64,000 nucleotides of DNA, from NCBI GenBank assembly GCA_965198235.1, contig OZ240248.1, positions 64,001-128,000 of the forward strand, given 5' to 3'. This stretch comes from Candidatus Poribacteria bacterium. GTDB taxonomy: Bacteria > Poribacteria > WGA-4E > WGA-3G. This document shows positions 1 to 10,003 of this stretch, in pieces. Each line of letters opens with the position of its first letter. Position 1 is the stretch's first letter. The notes beneath the pieces are model-generated. The model was not told the DNA's origin. It did not search any database and worked only from the letters and a program-made list of their open reading frames with translations. The position numbers and the translations under genes are program-made.

Positions 1-1
1 A

Positions 2-688
2 CTCTTAGCATTATTAGCGGCACAACAAGGTAGTAATCAGGGTGGTGGCAATAACGGCAACATTGGCGGTGGAAACGGCGGTGGTAATGGAAACGGCGGT
101 GGCAATGGAAACGGAAACGGAAATGGAAATGGAAACGGTGATGGAAACGGCAACGGTAATGGCAACGGTAATGGCAATGGCAACGGCAATGGTAATGGAA
201 ACGGCGGTGGTGGTAATGGGGGCCCTGATGGAAACGGCAGCAATGGACAGGACCGACCGCCTCCAGCAAAACCAGGTCCCATTGATACACACCGCGTTTA
301 CCCCGTGGATGAGCAAGGCGACTTGTTGCCAGGCAAGAAAGTAGGGTGGATCGTGTGGGTATACTATCAAGAGCCAGCCCCCGACAATCGTGGACTCACA
401 TTTGGAACTAGCGGATTTATGGTCGACGTATATGTGGATGGTACTCACCAAGAAGATATAAACGCCAGTACAAGTATAGTACAAACCGCAGGCACCGATG
501 ATCAGGGTGAGCAGGATCATAGCATTCAGTTCTTTGTTTCAACTAAAGATCTACCTGCTTCTCATAAGATAGAGATTAGGGTAACGGGTTTAATATCCGT
601 CAACCATGTAGCAACATTTACGCTTCCAGACACGGTGACTCCAGGAGAGACTACTTTCCAAGACGGTCCTCTGGAAAGTAGTGATTGA
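2..688 (+). CDS. 3' part of a Gly-Asn repeat protein (5' end outside window), probably secreted
   Basis: Frame from nt 2 is open and continuous with ORF 305..688: LLALLAAQQGSNQGGGNNG...(GN)n...PPPAKPGP followed by a beta-rich C-terminal domain. Confidence 0.75.
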   Translation, partial: LLALLAAQQGSNQGGGNNGNIGGGNGGGNGNGGGNGNGNGNGNGNGDGNGNGNGNGNGNGNGNGNGNGGGGNGGPDGNGSNGQDRPPPAKPGPIDTHRVYPVDEQGDLLPGKKVGWIVWVYYQEPAPDNRGLTFGTSGFMVDVYVDGTHQEDINASTSIVQTAGTDDQGEQDHSIQFFVSTKDLPASHKIEIRVTGLISVNHVATFTLPDTVTPGETTFQDGPLESSD

Positions 689-805
689 GGAGATTGACAA
701 AGGCACAAGTGGAAGGTTTTAGGTGTGATGGAATTTGCACGTTCCCTTCTTTGACAGCGTACCTCCAGAATCCATGAGCGGTTAATAACTGCTCTGGGTG
801 GGAAT

Positions 806-1080
806 GTAGGTTGGGTTGAACGGTCAGGATCCAAAGGTTAAGGTATCACAGACCCCCGATGCCTGACCCGGACGATCTTATTGTAGAGATACCGAGTGAA
901 ACCCAACATTTTCCGTTACCGGTTGCGTGAATCTATCGATATGAAGTTGGGTTTCACTCTGTCGCTCGGGGATACGCCGGTGTATTAGGTTTGGCGTATG
1001 TTTGGGATAGGCATATTATATTTCTTAGAACCGTTCAACCCAACCTACGGAAACTTCTATTCACTAAATTGACACCTATG
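806..1080. mobile_element. MITE/REPIN-like element copy 1 (left TIR missing)
   Basis: GTAGGTTGGGTTGAACGG..GTGAAACCCAAC / GTTGGGTTTCAC..CCGTTCAACCCAACCTAC, ending TAAATTGACACCTATG as in copies 2 and 3. Confidence 0.7.
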
Positions 1081-1178
1081 GGTGTTTCTTCAAGTAACCC
1101 CGCCAATCTTTTGATCTATGCGTAATTGTATATTTTGCTGTAAATATCCCTAAAAAAGTCGAGTCGTTCAATTCTCCT

Positions 1179-1417
1179 GTAGGAGGGATCTCCGAATCCT
1201 GGGGAAACACCCAAGCAAAAACACTCCCTCTTCTGTAGGAGCGACCTCCCGGTCGCGACCTTGTGAGAACATCTGACTCCTGACAATATTGGCTTTCAGC
1301 TATCAGGGTGGTGGCTACGCCACCTCTCGGCTATCAGTGACTGACATAGCGTCGCTTCCAACCTAAATCCTCTATTCTGCTAACCGCTATTGTAGGAGCG
1401 ATCTCCCGGTCGCGACT
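1179..1417 (+). repeat. Cluster of GTAG-type REP-like palindromes
   Basis: GTAGGAGGGATCTCCGAATCC (1179), GTAGGAGCGACCTCCCGGTCGCGAC (1235) and GTAGGAGCGATCTCCCGGTCGCGAC (1392); an inverted relative lies at ~9979-10004. Confidence 0.7.
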
Positions 1418-1519
1418 TTTCAAACAAAATGGCTAAAAAACCGATAACTGAATAACGCTGCTAAAATAGTTGAGATGAAGTTGTAAACCGCTGCAGAGTT
1501 GGGTATAATTAATAAAGAG

Positions 1520-1836
1520 CATAGGTGTCAATTTAAGAAAAGACTTCATCGTAGATGTTTTTGATAGGGTGTTTCCCCAAGGTTGAACGGGTGGGACCAA
1601 AACGCCAGCAACTCAAAGAAAACCGATGTTGGGTCGATACATCTTCCATTGCAGAGCACCGAGAGAAACCCAACGCTTTCCCGTGTGGTTACTTGGGATG
1701 TGAGGGTATAAAGTTGGGTTTCACTGCGTTGTTGATAGCATACAATTGGTATCATTTTCAAAGCGTACTTAGGGTGTCGGCACTGTCCTTTTTAGTTCCG
1801 TTCAACCCAACCTACAGCACTAAATTGACACCTATG
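1520..1836. mobile_element. MITE/REPIN-like element copy 2 (both TIRs)
   Basis: Perfect 16-bp TIR CATAGGTGTCAATTTA...TAAATTGACACCTATG; both flanks contain GTATAATTAAT. Confidence 0.75.
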
Positions 1837-1932
1837 TGTATAATTAATTCAAGCGTATTACAGTGACAAGGCGTTTTGGTTGACACAACAGACAGTCGGA
1901 GTTCAACCCTTATTCTCTAAAGGGTGTAGTCT

Positions 1933-3222
1933 ATGGACACAGCAAGGATTCAAGTAAAAGCAGGTAACGGTGGAAACGGATGCATCAGTTTCCGCAGGGA
2001 AAAATATGTCCCTCACGGCGGTCCCGATGGCGGGGACGGTGGTAATGGCGGGAACGTCCTCGTCGTCGCTACCCTTGGGATGAGTACGCTGATCGACTTG
2101 CGTCATAATCCGCGTCAGGTCGCTGAAAACGGTGGACACGGCACTGGCAAGCAGCGAGACGGTGCAGATGGCGCAGATTGTATCGTTAGAGTTCCTGCCG
2201 GCACCATCGTCAGAGACCTCAATACAGCCGAGCTGCTTACAGATCTGACGGAGCCTGATGAAACTGTTGTTATTGCGCGCGGGGGAGTTGGTGGTAAAGG
2301 TAATACCCGTTTTAAGAGCAGCACCTTTCAGGCACCGCGCGTTGCAGAAAAAGGGGAACCGGGGGCAGAACGCGAGATACGCCTCGAAGTCAAACTCATC
2401 GCTGATGTCGGATTGGTTGGCTATCCGAACGCCGGTAAATCGACACTACTGGCGCGAACCTCTGCCGCGACCCCGAAAATCGCCGCCTATCCGTTCACCA
2501 CACTCCGTCCGAATTTAGGGGTTGTCCGCATCAATCGGGAGCAGAATTTCGTCCTCGCCGACATCCCTGGGTTGATAGAAGGCGCCCACAAAGGGGCAGG
2601 CTTGGGGCATCAATTCCTACGGCACATTGAGCGCACAAAAATGCTGATTCATGTCATCGATCTGAGCGCGACAGATGGACGAGATCCGATTCAAGACTAC
2701 GAACAACTCAACCTTGAACTGGGGCATTACAACGAACTGCTAACAAAACTTCCGCAAATCATCGCCCTGAATAAGATAGATATGCCGGACGCTGAGGCGA
2801 ATTTGGAACGCGTCCAAAAATATTTTGATAAGCGGAAAGTCTTTCCTATCTCTGCAGTTACAGGCGAGGGGGTAAACCCACTCATACAACAAGCGTATCG
2901 TTCCCTACAATACCTTGAAACGCGCGCCCGAAAGGAAGCGGAGACGACGATTGTCTTTGAAGAGGAACTCCCCCCAGAGCCGCGCGCACGGTTTGAACTT
3001 GCTGAGACACAGGAAGGATTTGTTGTCAACGGTGAGGAACCTCGCCGCGCTGTCCTCATGACCGACATGGAAAATGAGCAAGCACTGATTCTACTGTACC
3101 GGAAACTGAAAAGGATCGGAGTGATTAACGCACTGGAACGCGCAGGGGCAGTGGAAGGAGACACCATTCAAATTGATGAATTTGAGTTCACCTATAGCCC
3201 ACGAGCAATGCGATCCCGCTGA
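1933..3222 (+). CDS. obgE: GTPase ObgE/CgtA
   Basis: Gly-rich Obg domain FRREKYVPHGGPDGGDGG; GYPNAGKST, YPFTT, DIPG, NKID; C-terminal DUF1967-like tail. Confidence 0.97.
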   Translation: MDTARIQVKAGNGGNGCISFRREKYVPHGGPDGGDGGNGGNVLVVATLGMSTLIDLRHNPRQVAENGGHGTGKQRDGADGADCIVRVPAGTIVRDLNTAELLTDLTEPDETVVIARGGVGGKGNTRFKSSTFQAPRVAEKGEPGAEREIRLEVKLIADVGLVGYPNAGKSTLLARTSAATPKIAAYPFTTLRPNLGVVRINREQNFVLADIPGLIEGAHKGAGLGHQFLRHIERTKMLIHVIDLSATDGRDPIQDYEQLNLELGHYNELLTKLPQIIALNKIDMPDAEANLERVQKYFDKRKVFPISAVTGEGVNPLIQQAYRSLQYLETRARKEAETTIVFEEELPPEPRARFELAETQEGFVVNGEEPRRAVLMTDMENEQALILLYRKLKRIGVINALERAGAVEGDTIQIDEFEFTYSPRAMRSR

Positions 3223-4339
3223 ACAGCGCGCCTGCTTGTCAGACGTGAAACGCATTGTCGTAAAAGTTGGCAGCAGTACCATTTCAAAAGGAGCACACCT
3301 CAACGAAGATGCACTTCATGGGCTCGTCCACGATTTAGCACTCGTTAAACAGGACGGTGTGGAGGTTATTCTTGTTACATCTGGGGCAATCGCCGCGGGT
3401 TGGCCCCGACTCGGTCTGAAACAACGTCCGCAGACGCTACCGCGCTTACAAGCCGCCGCCGCTGTTGGACAGATCCAGTTGATGACAGTTTACGAGGAGC
3501 TATTTCGCAACTATGGACAGCGGACGGCACTCATGCTCCTTACACGCGACGATTTCTCGAACCGGAAACGCTACACCCGCATGAACGATACCCTCCGCGC
3601 ACTTCTACATCTCGGTGTGATTCCGATTATCAACGAAAACGACACCGTCGCCGTGGACGAGATTCGGGTTGGCGATAACGACACGCTCTCTGCTTACGTA
3701 ACAAACCTCGCCCAAGCACAACTCCTCGTTATCCTTTCAGATCAGGCTGGTTTTTACACCGCAGACCCCAGACACAATCCTAACTCGGAATTGATACATA
3801 CCGTTACGACCATCTCAGAAGGAGTCTGGAAAGCCGCCGGGCACGCTGGCACAACAAGCGGCACTGGCGGGATGGTGACGAAATTACAAGCCGCTGATAT
3901 CGTCACCGGATCCGGAGAGATGATGGTGATGGCATACGGGCAGGAACCGCTTGTCGTAACGAGACTCTTGAAGGGTGAGCTTCTCGGAACGTTATTCCTT
4001 CCAAATTCCCGTATCTCTGGAAGGAAACGGTGGATCGCCTATTCACGTCCGCCTAAAGGCAGACTCTTTGTGGATAACGGCGCACGGGACGCGCTCGTGC
4101 AAGGTGGTAAAAGCCTACTACCTGCTGGCATCCGACGCGTTGAAGGCGATTTTGACTATAGCGATACGGTCTCCTGCCTCACCGAAAACGGCACGGAATT
4201 CGCACGCGGTTTGGTGAACTATAATGCCGTGGAGACTGCCAAACTCGCAGGAAAACACACCAAGCACATTGAAAATATTCTCGGCTACCGCGATTACGAT
4301 GAAATCATACATCGGGATAATTTGGTATTACTCGACTGA
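3176..4339 (+). CDS. proB: Glutamate 5-kinase
   Basis: IVVKVGSS, NENDTV, GDNDTLSA, TGGMVTK and a PUA domain; start uncertain because it overlaps obgE. Confidence 0.96.
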   Translation: MNLSSPIAHEQCDPAEQRACLSDVKRIVVKVGSSTISKGAHLNEDALHGLVHDLALVKQDGVEVILVTSGAIAAGWPRLGLKQRPQTLPRLQAAAAVGQIQLMTVYEELFRNYGQRTALMLLTRDDFSNRKRYTRMNDTLRALLHLGVIPIINENDTVAVDEIRVGDNDTLSAYVTNLAQAQLLVILSDQAGFYTADPRHNPNSELIHTVTTISEGVWKAAGHAGTTSGTGGMVTKLQAADIVTGSGEMMVMAYGQEPLVVTRLLKGELLGTLFLPNSRISGRKRWIAYSRPPKGRLFVDNGARDALVQGGKSLLPAGIRRVEGDFDYSDTVSCLTENGTEFARGLVNYNAVETAKLAGKHTKHIENILGYRDYDEIIHRDNLVLLD

Positions 4340-4620
4340 TTTCGCTCATCTACGGATATTCCTAACTTCGCCGGGTGCCCGCACCTTTTTTATACCATTT
4401 CTGGTTAATATATCTCCTAATTGTAGCATAGGAAACTGTTAGCCTGTGCCGTATCGCGCCACATTTCATAAAACCGGTAATGAAACATGAATTTTTAGAA
4501 ATGGTATTACAACAAAATTTGGCTGTGCAACTCCCTTGAAAATTTTCCAAAACTTATGTTATAATACCAACCACTATTTCCAATTACCATCTATCTATAG
4601 CAACCTCTCAAAGGAACACC

Positions 4621-5883
4621 ATGAACGGAAACATTCAAAAACTGATCCAATCGCAGGCACAAAAGGCAAAATCGGCGATGCGTGTTTTATCACGAAGTTC
4701 CGCCGATGTCCGAAACCATGCGCTTTTAGCGATGGCTGAAAGCTTACAGAATTCCAAAGATAAAATTCAGGATGCAAATCGAATTGACCTCGAAAAAGGC
4801 GAAAAAACCGGACTCGCTGCACCACTCATGCAACGCCTCCTATTGGACGACAAGAAGATTGAACGGATGGTGGACAATCTCCGTCAAGTTGCTGCCCTCC
4901 CCGATCCGATTGGCGCGATCATCAGTATGGGGGAACGTCCCAATGGGCTCAAAATTGGCACAGTTCGCGTGCCTATCGGTGTCGTCGCTGTGGTATATGA
5001 GTCGCGTCCCGACGTTACTGTTGAGGTATCAGCACTCTGCATCAAGTCCGGAAACGGAGTTATCCTCCGGGGCGGATCCGAAGCAATCCACTCCAACACA
5101 ACGCTTGCGGATATCCTCAGTGATACCGCTGCTGCAGAAGGCGTGCCAGACGCCATCCAGTTCGTTAACACGACCGACCGGCAAGCAGTTTATGAACTCA
5201 TCCGATTGCCAGACTACGTTGACCTCATCATTCCACGTGGTAGCAACGAATTCGTCCAGTTTTTGATGAAAAAATCCGATGTCCCGGTGTTAGGACATGC
5301 CGATGGCATCTGTCATATCTACGTTGACGAAGCCGCCGACCTTGATATGGCAACCAAGATTTGCATGAATGCGAAAGTTGGCTACAAGGTTGCTGTCTGC
5401 AATGCCGTAGAGACACTCCTTGTCCATACCGATGCCGCCGAGAAATTTCTTCCTATCCTCTGTGACAAGTTAAAGGGTGCGGATGTCGAAATCCGTGGAT
5501 GCGAACAAACGCAGCAAATCTATCCGGCAGCGAAATCCGCAACCGAAGAAGATTGGCGTACAGAATACCTCGATTATATCTTATCCGTTCGGGTGGTAGA
5601 TGACATAGGCACAGCAATTGATCACATTGAAACTTACGGTTCACATCATTCTGATGCGATTATCACCGAAAGTTACAGCGCGGCGCAACGGTTTCTCAAA
5701 GAGGTGGATTCCGCCGCAGTCTATGTCAATGCCAGCACTGTCTTCACTGACGGCTACGAATTTGGATTAGGTGCCGAGGTCGGGATTAGCACACAAAAAC
5801 TTCACTCCCGCGGACCGATGGGGCTTGAGGGATTGACGACTTATAAGTATATCGTCTACGGAGACGGTCAAGTGCGTGAGTAA
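4621..5883 (+). CDS. proA: Gamma-glutamyl phosphate reductase
   Basis: YESRPDVT, CNAVETLLV, GAEVGISTQKLHSRGPMGL. Confidence 0.96.
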   Translation: MNGNIQKLIQSQAQKAKSAMRVLSRSSADVRNHALLAMAESLQNSKDKIQDANRIDLEKGEKTGLAAPLMQRLLLDDKKIERMVDNLRQVAALPDPIGAIISMGERPNGLKIGTVRVPIGVVAVVYESRPDVTVEVSALCIKSGNGVILRGGSEAIHSNTTLADILSDTAAAEGVPDAIQFVNTTDRQAVYELIRLPDYVDLIIPRGSNEFVQFLMKKSDVPVLGHADGICHIYVDEAADLDMATKICMNAKVGYKVAVCNAVETLLVHTDAAEKFLPILCDKLKGADVEIRGCEQTQQIYPAAKSATEEDWRTEYLDYILSVRVVDDIGTAIDHIETYGSHHSDAIITESYSAAQRFLKEVDSAAVYVNASTVFTDGYEFGLGAEVGISTQKLHSRGPMGLEGLTTYKYIVYGDGQVRE

Positions 5884-5912
5884 TTTCGTTTACGCCTTTC
5901 CTCAATCGCGTC

Positions 5913-7256
5913 ATGTCCACTCATGCACCTCAGTCCCAAGCCTCTCTCCTCAAGAACGTACTTATTATTACGCCGCTTAGTCTGATTGGACGTGCGGGAA
6001 CACTTCTTATCTACGTCGTTCTCGCCAATTGGTTCGGCGACCCGGCAGAAATGGATTTCATCTACTATTACTGGGGCATCGCTGTATTCCTGATAGAATT
6101 GCTCAGTGCCGCTTCCGCCTATTCCGTCCTCGTCCCGATGTTAGCTGAAGCCCGTGCGAAAGGCGAAACCGAGGCACAACGTTGTGTACAATCCATTTTT
6201 TCCCGATATATCATATTCATGCCGGGACTCTGCTGCCTCCTCGTCTTCCTTTCATGGGCTGTTTCCCAACCTTTTTTACCGAGCATGGGGCTCCCATCCT
6301 CTACGACAATCGGCATCGTGTGCGGATTCCTCTGCTTCGCGATCATCGCCGCAGCCCGCTGGATGCTCAAAGCGATCTTAGACACCTACCAAGCCTTTCA
6401 TCTTCCGGTCATTGTACAGGGACTCCGTGCTATTCTTGTCATCGGTGTGATATACCTATGCAAGCCGTTTCTGACTTGGTTTAGCATACCACTTGCCCTG
6501 ATCATCGGCGAGCTTTTCCAATTGCTTCTCCTATTTCGACGATGCTGTACTGTCCTGAATCTATCTGTACTTCATCTTAAACTCAGTTGGCAGACGACAC
6601 CCTACACGACACAATTCCTGCGGCAATGTCTACTGATGATGGGTGCAGCGATCTCAGACGGGTTAAACCCAGTTGTTGACAGAGGCATGGCGAGCTCATT
6701 GGGAGCAAGTTCTGTCTCGAAATTGGATTACGCGCTTCGTCTGTGTGCAATCCCTGAAACACTTACAGGTGTAACGCTTCCAGTCTTACTTTCGCATTGG
6801 GCAAAAATATCGTCTACCGACTCGCAATCCGGGAACGGTCTAACTGCTAACGGGATGCAGCTACAGCGAAGTGTCTGGCAAAGTGTCGTTGCGCTACTAA
6901 TCCTAATGGCACCGTTCCTGATAGGCTTTTACCTTTTACGGGTGGACATTGTCGCGCTATTGTATGGACACGGCGAATTGTCCGAGGCGGGACAGTCCCA
7001 TATCGCTTCGCTGCTCGGCATCTATCTATTAGGAATGCTTCCACGTTTAATCAGTCGCTTGCTAATCCGGGCACATCTCGCACGTCAAGCCCACCGGACT
7101 GTTGTCACGGCAACGCTTATCAGGCTTATCCTAAACCCTTTTCTCAATTGGGTTTTCATGCAATATTGGGGGTTAGAAGGAATCGCTTGGTCAACAGCGT
7201 TGTTGTCCTACCCAATTCTTGCATATATTGCGTTTATGTTTTGGCGGGGAAGATGA
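5913..7256 (+). CDS. MurJ/MviN-like (MOP superfamily) flippase
   Basis: Many TM segments; VVDRGMASSLG..VSKLDYALRL pattern typical of MviN. Confidence 0.75.
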   Translation: MSTHAPQSQASLLKNVLIITPLSLIGRAGTLLIYVVLANWFGDPAEMDFIYYYWGIAVFLIELLSAASAYSVLVPMLAEARAKGETEAQRCVQSIFSRYIIFMPGLCCLLVFLSWAVSQPFLPSMGLPSSTTIGIVCGFLCFAIIAAARWMLKAILDTYQAFHLPVIVQGLRAILVIGVIYLCKPFLTWFSIPLALIIGELFQLLLLFRRCCTVLNLSVLHLKLSWQTTPYTTQFLRQCLLMMGAAISDGLNPVVDRGMASSLGASSVSKLDYALRLCAIPETLTGVTLPVLLSHWAKISSTDSQSGNGLTANGMQLQRSVWQSVVALLILMAPFLIGFYLLRVDIVALLYGHGELSEAGQSHIASLLGIYLLGMLPRLISRLLIRAHLARQAHRTVVTATLIRLILNPFLNWVFMQYWGLEGIAWSTALLSYPILAYIAFMFWRGR

Positions 7257-7401
7257 TGACATTGAACAAACCAAAAAAAATCTCAACGGGAACGACCTTT
7301 GAAACGGAAATGTTATTGCTTCGTAACCTCCGGTATGTTACAATATTAGGCCTATCAGAAAAAACACCACCCAATGCGCTGGTGTCAAAAGAGGGATTTG
7401 T

Positions 7402-9036
7402 ATGGTTTACAAGCAATGGAATTTTGCGGTTTTAATCGTCATCTTGATTTTTTTTTGGATTGGAAACAGTGTAGCGGCAAATGCAATCGCAACTGGCACT
7501 GTATTTTTAGATACAAACAGAAACCAGGCAAAGGACGACAACGAGAAGGGGTTGCCTGGGGTTCGCGTCTCTAATGGGCAGGAGGTTGTAAAAACCGATG
7601 CCAACGGGCAATACTCGCTCGCAGTCAGTGATGATACCATTCTCTTTGTCATTAAGCCTCGTGGGTTTATGACACCGGTTGATGAAAATCGTCTCCCAAG
7701 ATTTTATTACATTCACAAACCGCACGGTTCACCAGAAGGACTGAAGTATGCCGGCATTGCACCGACCGGTCCATTACCGGAGTCGGTTGATTTTCCGCTC
7801 ACTGAGCAGTCCGAGGCTGATACCTTCAAGGTACTTGTCTTCGGGGATACACAACCCTATAATATGCAAGAGATTGAGTGGTTAGCACATGATGTGATTG
7901 AAGAAGTTATTGGAATTGATGCAGTGTTCGGACTCAGCCTTGGCGATTTGGTAGGTGACGATTTAAGCTTATTCCATCCACTTAACGAAGTGATGGCTAC
8001 CGTTGGGATACCATGGTACAACGTCCACGGTAACCATGATATGAACTTTCTTGCTATGGATGACCGGTACGCCGATGAAACATTCGAACGTGTTTATGGT
8101 CCCACGTGCTATTCATTTGATTGGGGACCCGTCCATTTCATCAACATCGACAATGTGCACTTTTACCACGATGAGGAGAACAAGCCTCGCTACTTGAGTG
8201 AGGTGGGAGAACGGCAGTTGACGTTCCTTCGAAACGACCTTGCTTTTGTGCCGAAAGATCAGCTTGTCGTTGTATCCCTACATATTCCGTTGACCGAGAT
8301 GCGCGATGTGAAGAAACTGATGAATCTACTCGGCGATCGACCCTACACGTTATCCCTATCAGCGCACACGCACTTCCAACGGGATGACTTCGTCGGACCC
8401 GAGCACGGTTGGCATGGGGACGACCCACATCATCACCACAATCATGCAACCACATCAGGCTCTTGGTGGCGGGGCGCGCTTGATGAAATCGGTATTCCCC
8501 ACACAACCATGCGAGATGGAGCACCGAACGGATATGGCATCTTCACATTCAGCGGAAATCAATATTCAATTCGGTTTAAGGCTGCCCGTCGTCCAGCGGA
8601 TTATCAGATGAATATATGGGCACCCTGGGAAGTTACGTCGACAGAAACTGGCAAAACAGAAGTAGTCGTTAATATTTTTGGAGGCACCAAACGCTCAACG
8701 GTTGAAATCCGTCTGGGCGAAGTCGGCGAATGGGAACCGATGACCTATATGCCGCAGGAAGACCCATACTATAAAGCACTCAAGGCACGGGACGATACGA
8801 ACCACCTTGAGCGGAAACTGCATATCGCCCTTCGAGAAACAATGAAGCCACAGTTGAAGGAAGACAGCGAACTGCCACAAAGGGGACAAGGGCTTAGTGG
8901 AATTGCAAAATCATTGCACATCTGGCAAGCTAAGCTCCCAGCGAATGTCCCCAAAGGAACGCACGTTATCTACGTCCGTACAACCGATATGTTTGGTCAA
9001 ACTTTCACAGGGCACCGAATCATCCGAGTGCACTAA
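7402..9036 (+). CDS. Secreted calcineurin-like metallophosphoesterase
   Basis: Signal peptide; GTVFLDTN..GLPGVRVSNG N-domain; GDTQ, LGDLV, HGNHD, SAHTH motifs. Confidence 0.88.
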   Translation: MVYKQWNFAVLIVILIFFWIGNSVAANAIATGTVFLDTNRNQAKDDNEKGLPGVRVSNGQEVVKTDANGQYSLAVSDDTILFVIKPRGFMTPVDENRLPRFYYIHKPHGSPEGLKYAGIAPTGPLPESVDFPLTEQSEADTFKVLVFGDTQPYNMQEIEWLAHDVIEEVIGIDAVFGLSLGDLVGDDLSLFHPLNEVMATVGIPWYNVHGNHDMNFLAMDDRYADETFERVYGPTCYSFDWGPVHFINIDNVHFYHDEENKPRYLSEVGERQLTFLRNDLAFVPKDQLVVVSLHIPLTEMRDVKKLMNLLGDRPYTLSLSAHTHFQRDDFVGPEHGWHGDDPHHHHNHATTSGSWWRGALDEIGIPHTTMRDGAPNGYGIFTFSGNQYSIRFKAARRPADYQMNIWAPWEVTSTETGKTEVVVNIFGGTKRSTVEIRLGEVGEWEPMTYMPQEDPYYKALKARDDTNHLERKLHIALRETMKPQLKEDSELPQRGQGLSGIAKSLHIWQAKLPANVPKGTHVIYVRTTDMFGQTFTGHRIIRVH

Positions 9037-9247
9037 CCCAATATCAGTGTTCAACCACCATTATAGTCACCCTTCTCTATTGAAGCTGGAGTCTCGCAGA
9101 TAACGATTCAAGTAGACGGATTAATCCCCGACCATACCGCAGAATTCTATATCAGCGCAGATGCGGTGGAATCCGATCCGGGCAGTAATACCCTCCGATT
9201 GCGACGTCTATAGTTCGCTGAGAAAATATGTGTGTCTCCAGCAGATG

Positions 9248-9963
9248 CTAAACTTTGGCGAAATGTTCAGGGTGATTTGAGGTGATACCTTGCACACCGA
9301 ATGCCTTCATTTCGCGCATACGGGAGATGTCGTCCACAGTCCAGCACCAGAGTGCGATACCGCGCCGTTGGACTTCGTAAGCGAATTCCGCTGTAATTAG
9401 TTGGTGATTGACGTTCAGCAGGTTGCTGCCGAGCTTTCCGAGTTGCTGGCACAACTGTACAGGAGAGGCGGGGTTGTTGTGATTCCCGATGAGCCACCCT
9501 GTTGGAATGCAAGGCTCTAATGAACGAACGGTCTGTAAAACAGCGGTATGGAAGGAGATAATAAGGGTGAGATCTGGTGTATGAGTCTCACGGATTTTTT
9601 CGACAACTGTTTCTCCTATCAAAGGATCTTTAATTTCCAAAACGGCAATAGTCTTCTTTGCGATGCATTCCAGTGCCTCTACAAGCGTCGGCACGCGCTC
9701 TCCAACGAATTCGGAAGCGAACCATCCTCCAGCATCAGCACGTTTAATGGTTTCTAAAATGGTTTGATTGATACGTCCACAGTGATTTGTCGTTCGATCC
9801 AAGGAGGTGTCGTGTATCACTACGACCTCGCCGTCGGCGGTTCCATGTAGATCAAGCTCAACCGCATCCACACCGATTTCGATTGCCTTCTCGAATGCCG
9901 CGAGCGTATTTTCCGGGGCACTTCCGATGCCCCACGGTGTGCAATCCGAATCCAAGGATGCAT
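9248..9963 (-). pseudogene. Glycerophosphodiester phosphodiesterase with a 1-nt frameshift near 9925
   Basis: MHPWIRIAHRGAS is in one frame and GSAPENTLAAF..ELDLH..IHD in another. Confidence 0.8.
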
Positions 9964-10003
9964 GATGCCTAATCTCCTATCGCGATCGGGAGATCGCTCC
10001 TGC

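Noticed and set aside
14-520. ORFs 14..520(-), 37..282(-) and 42..344(+) with VAI/LP/MET-type repeats
   Set aside because: They are alternative-frame shadows of the Gly-Asn codon repeat; only the frame from nt 2 runs into a plausible domain
806-1836. Possible CRISPR array (conserved motifs with variable inserts)
   Set aside because: Units are inverted pairs rather than tandem direct repeats, and there are no cas genes in the window
9060-9215. Short open frame (SPFSIEAGVSQITIQVDG..) after the phosphoesterase
   Set aside because: No start codon or recognisable motif; at most a gene remnant
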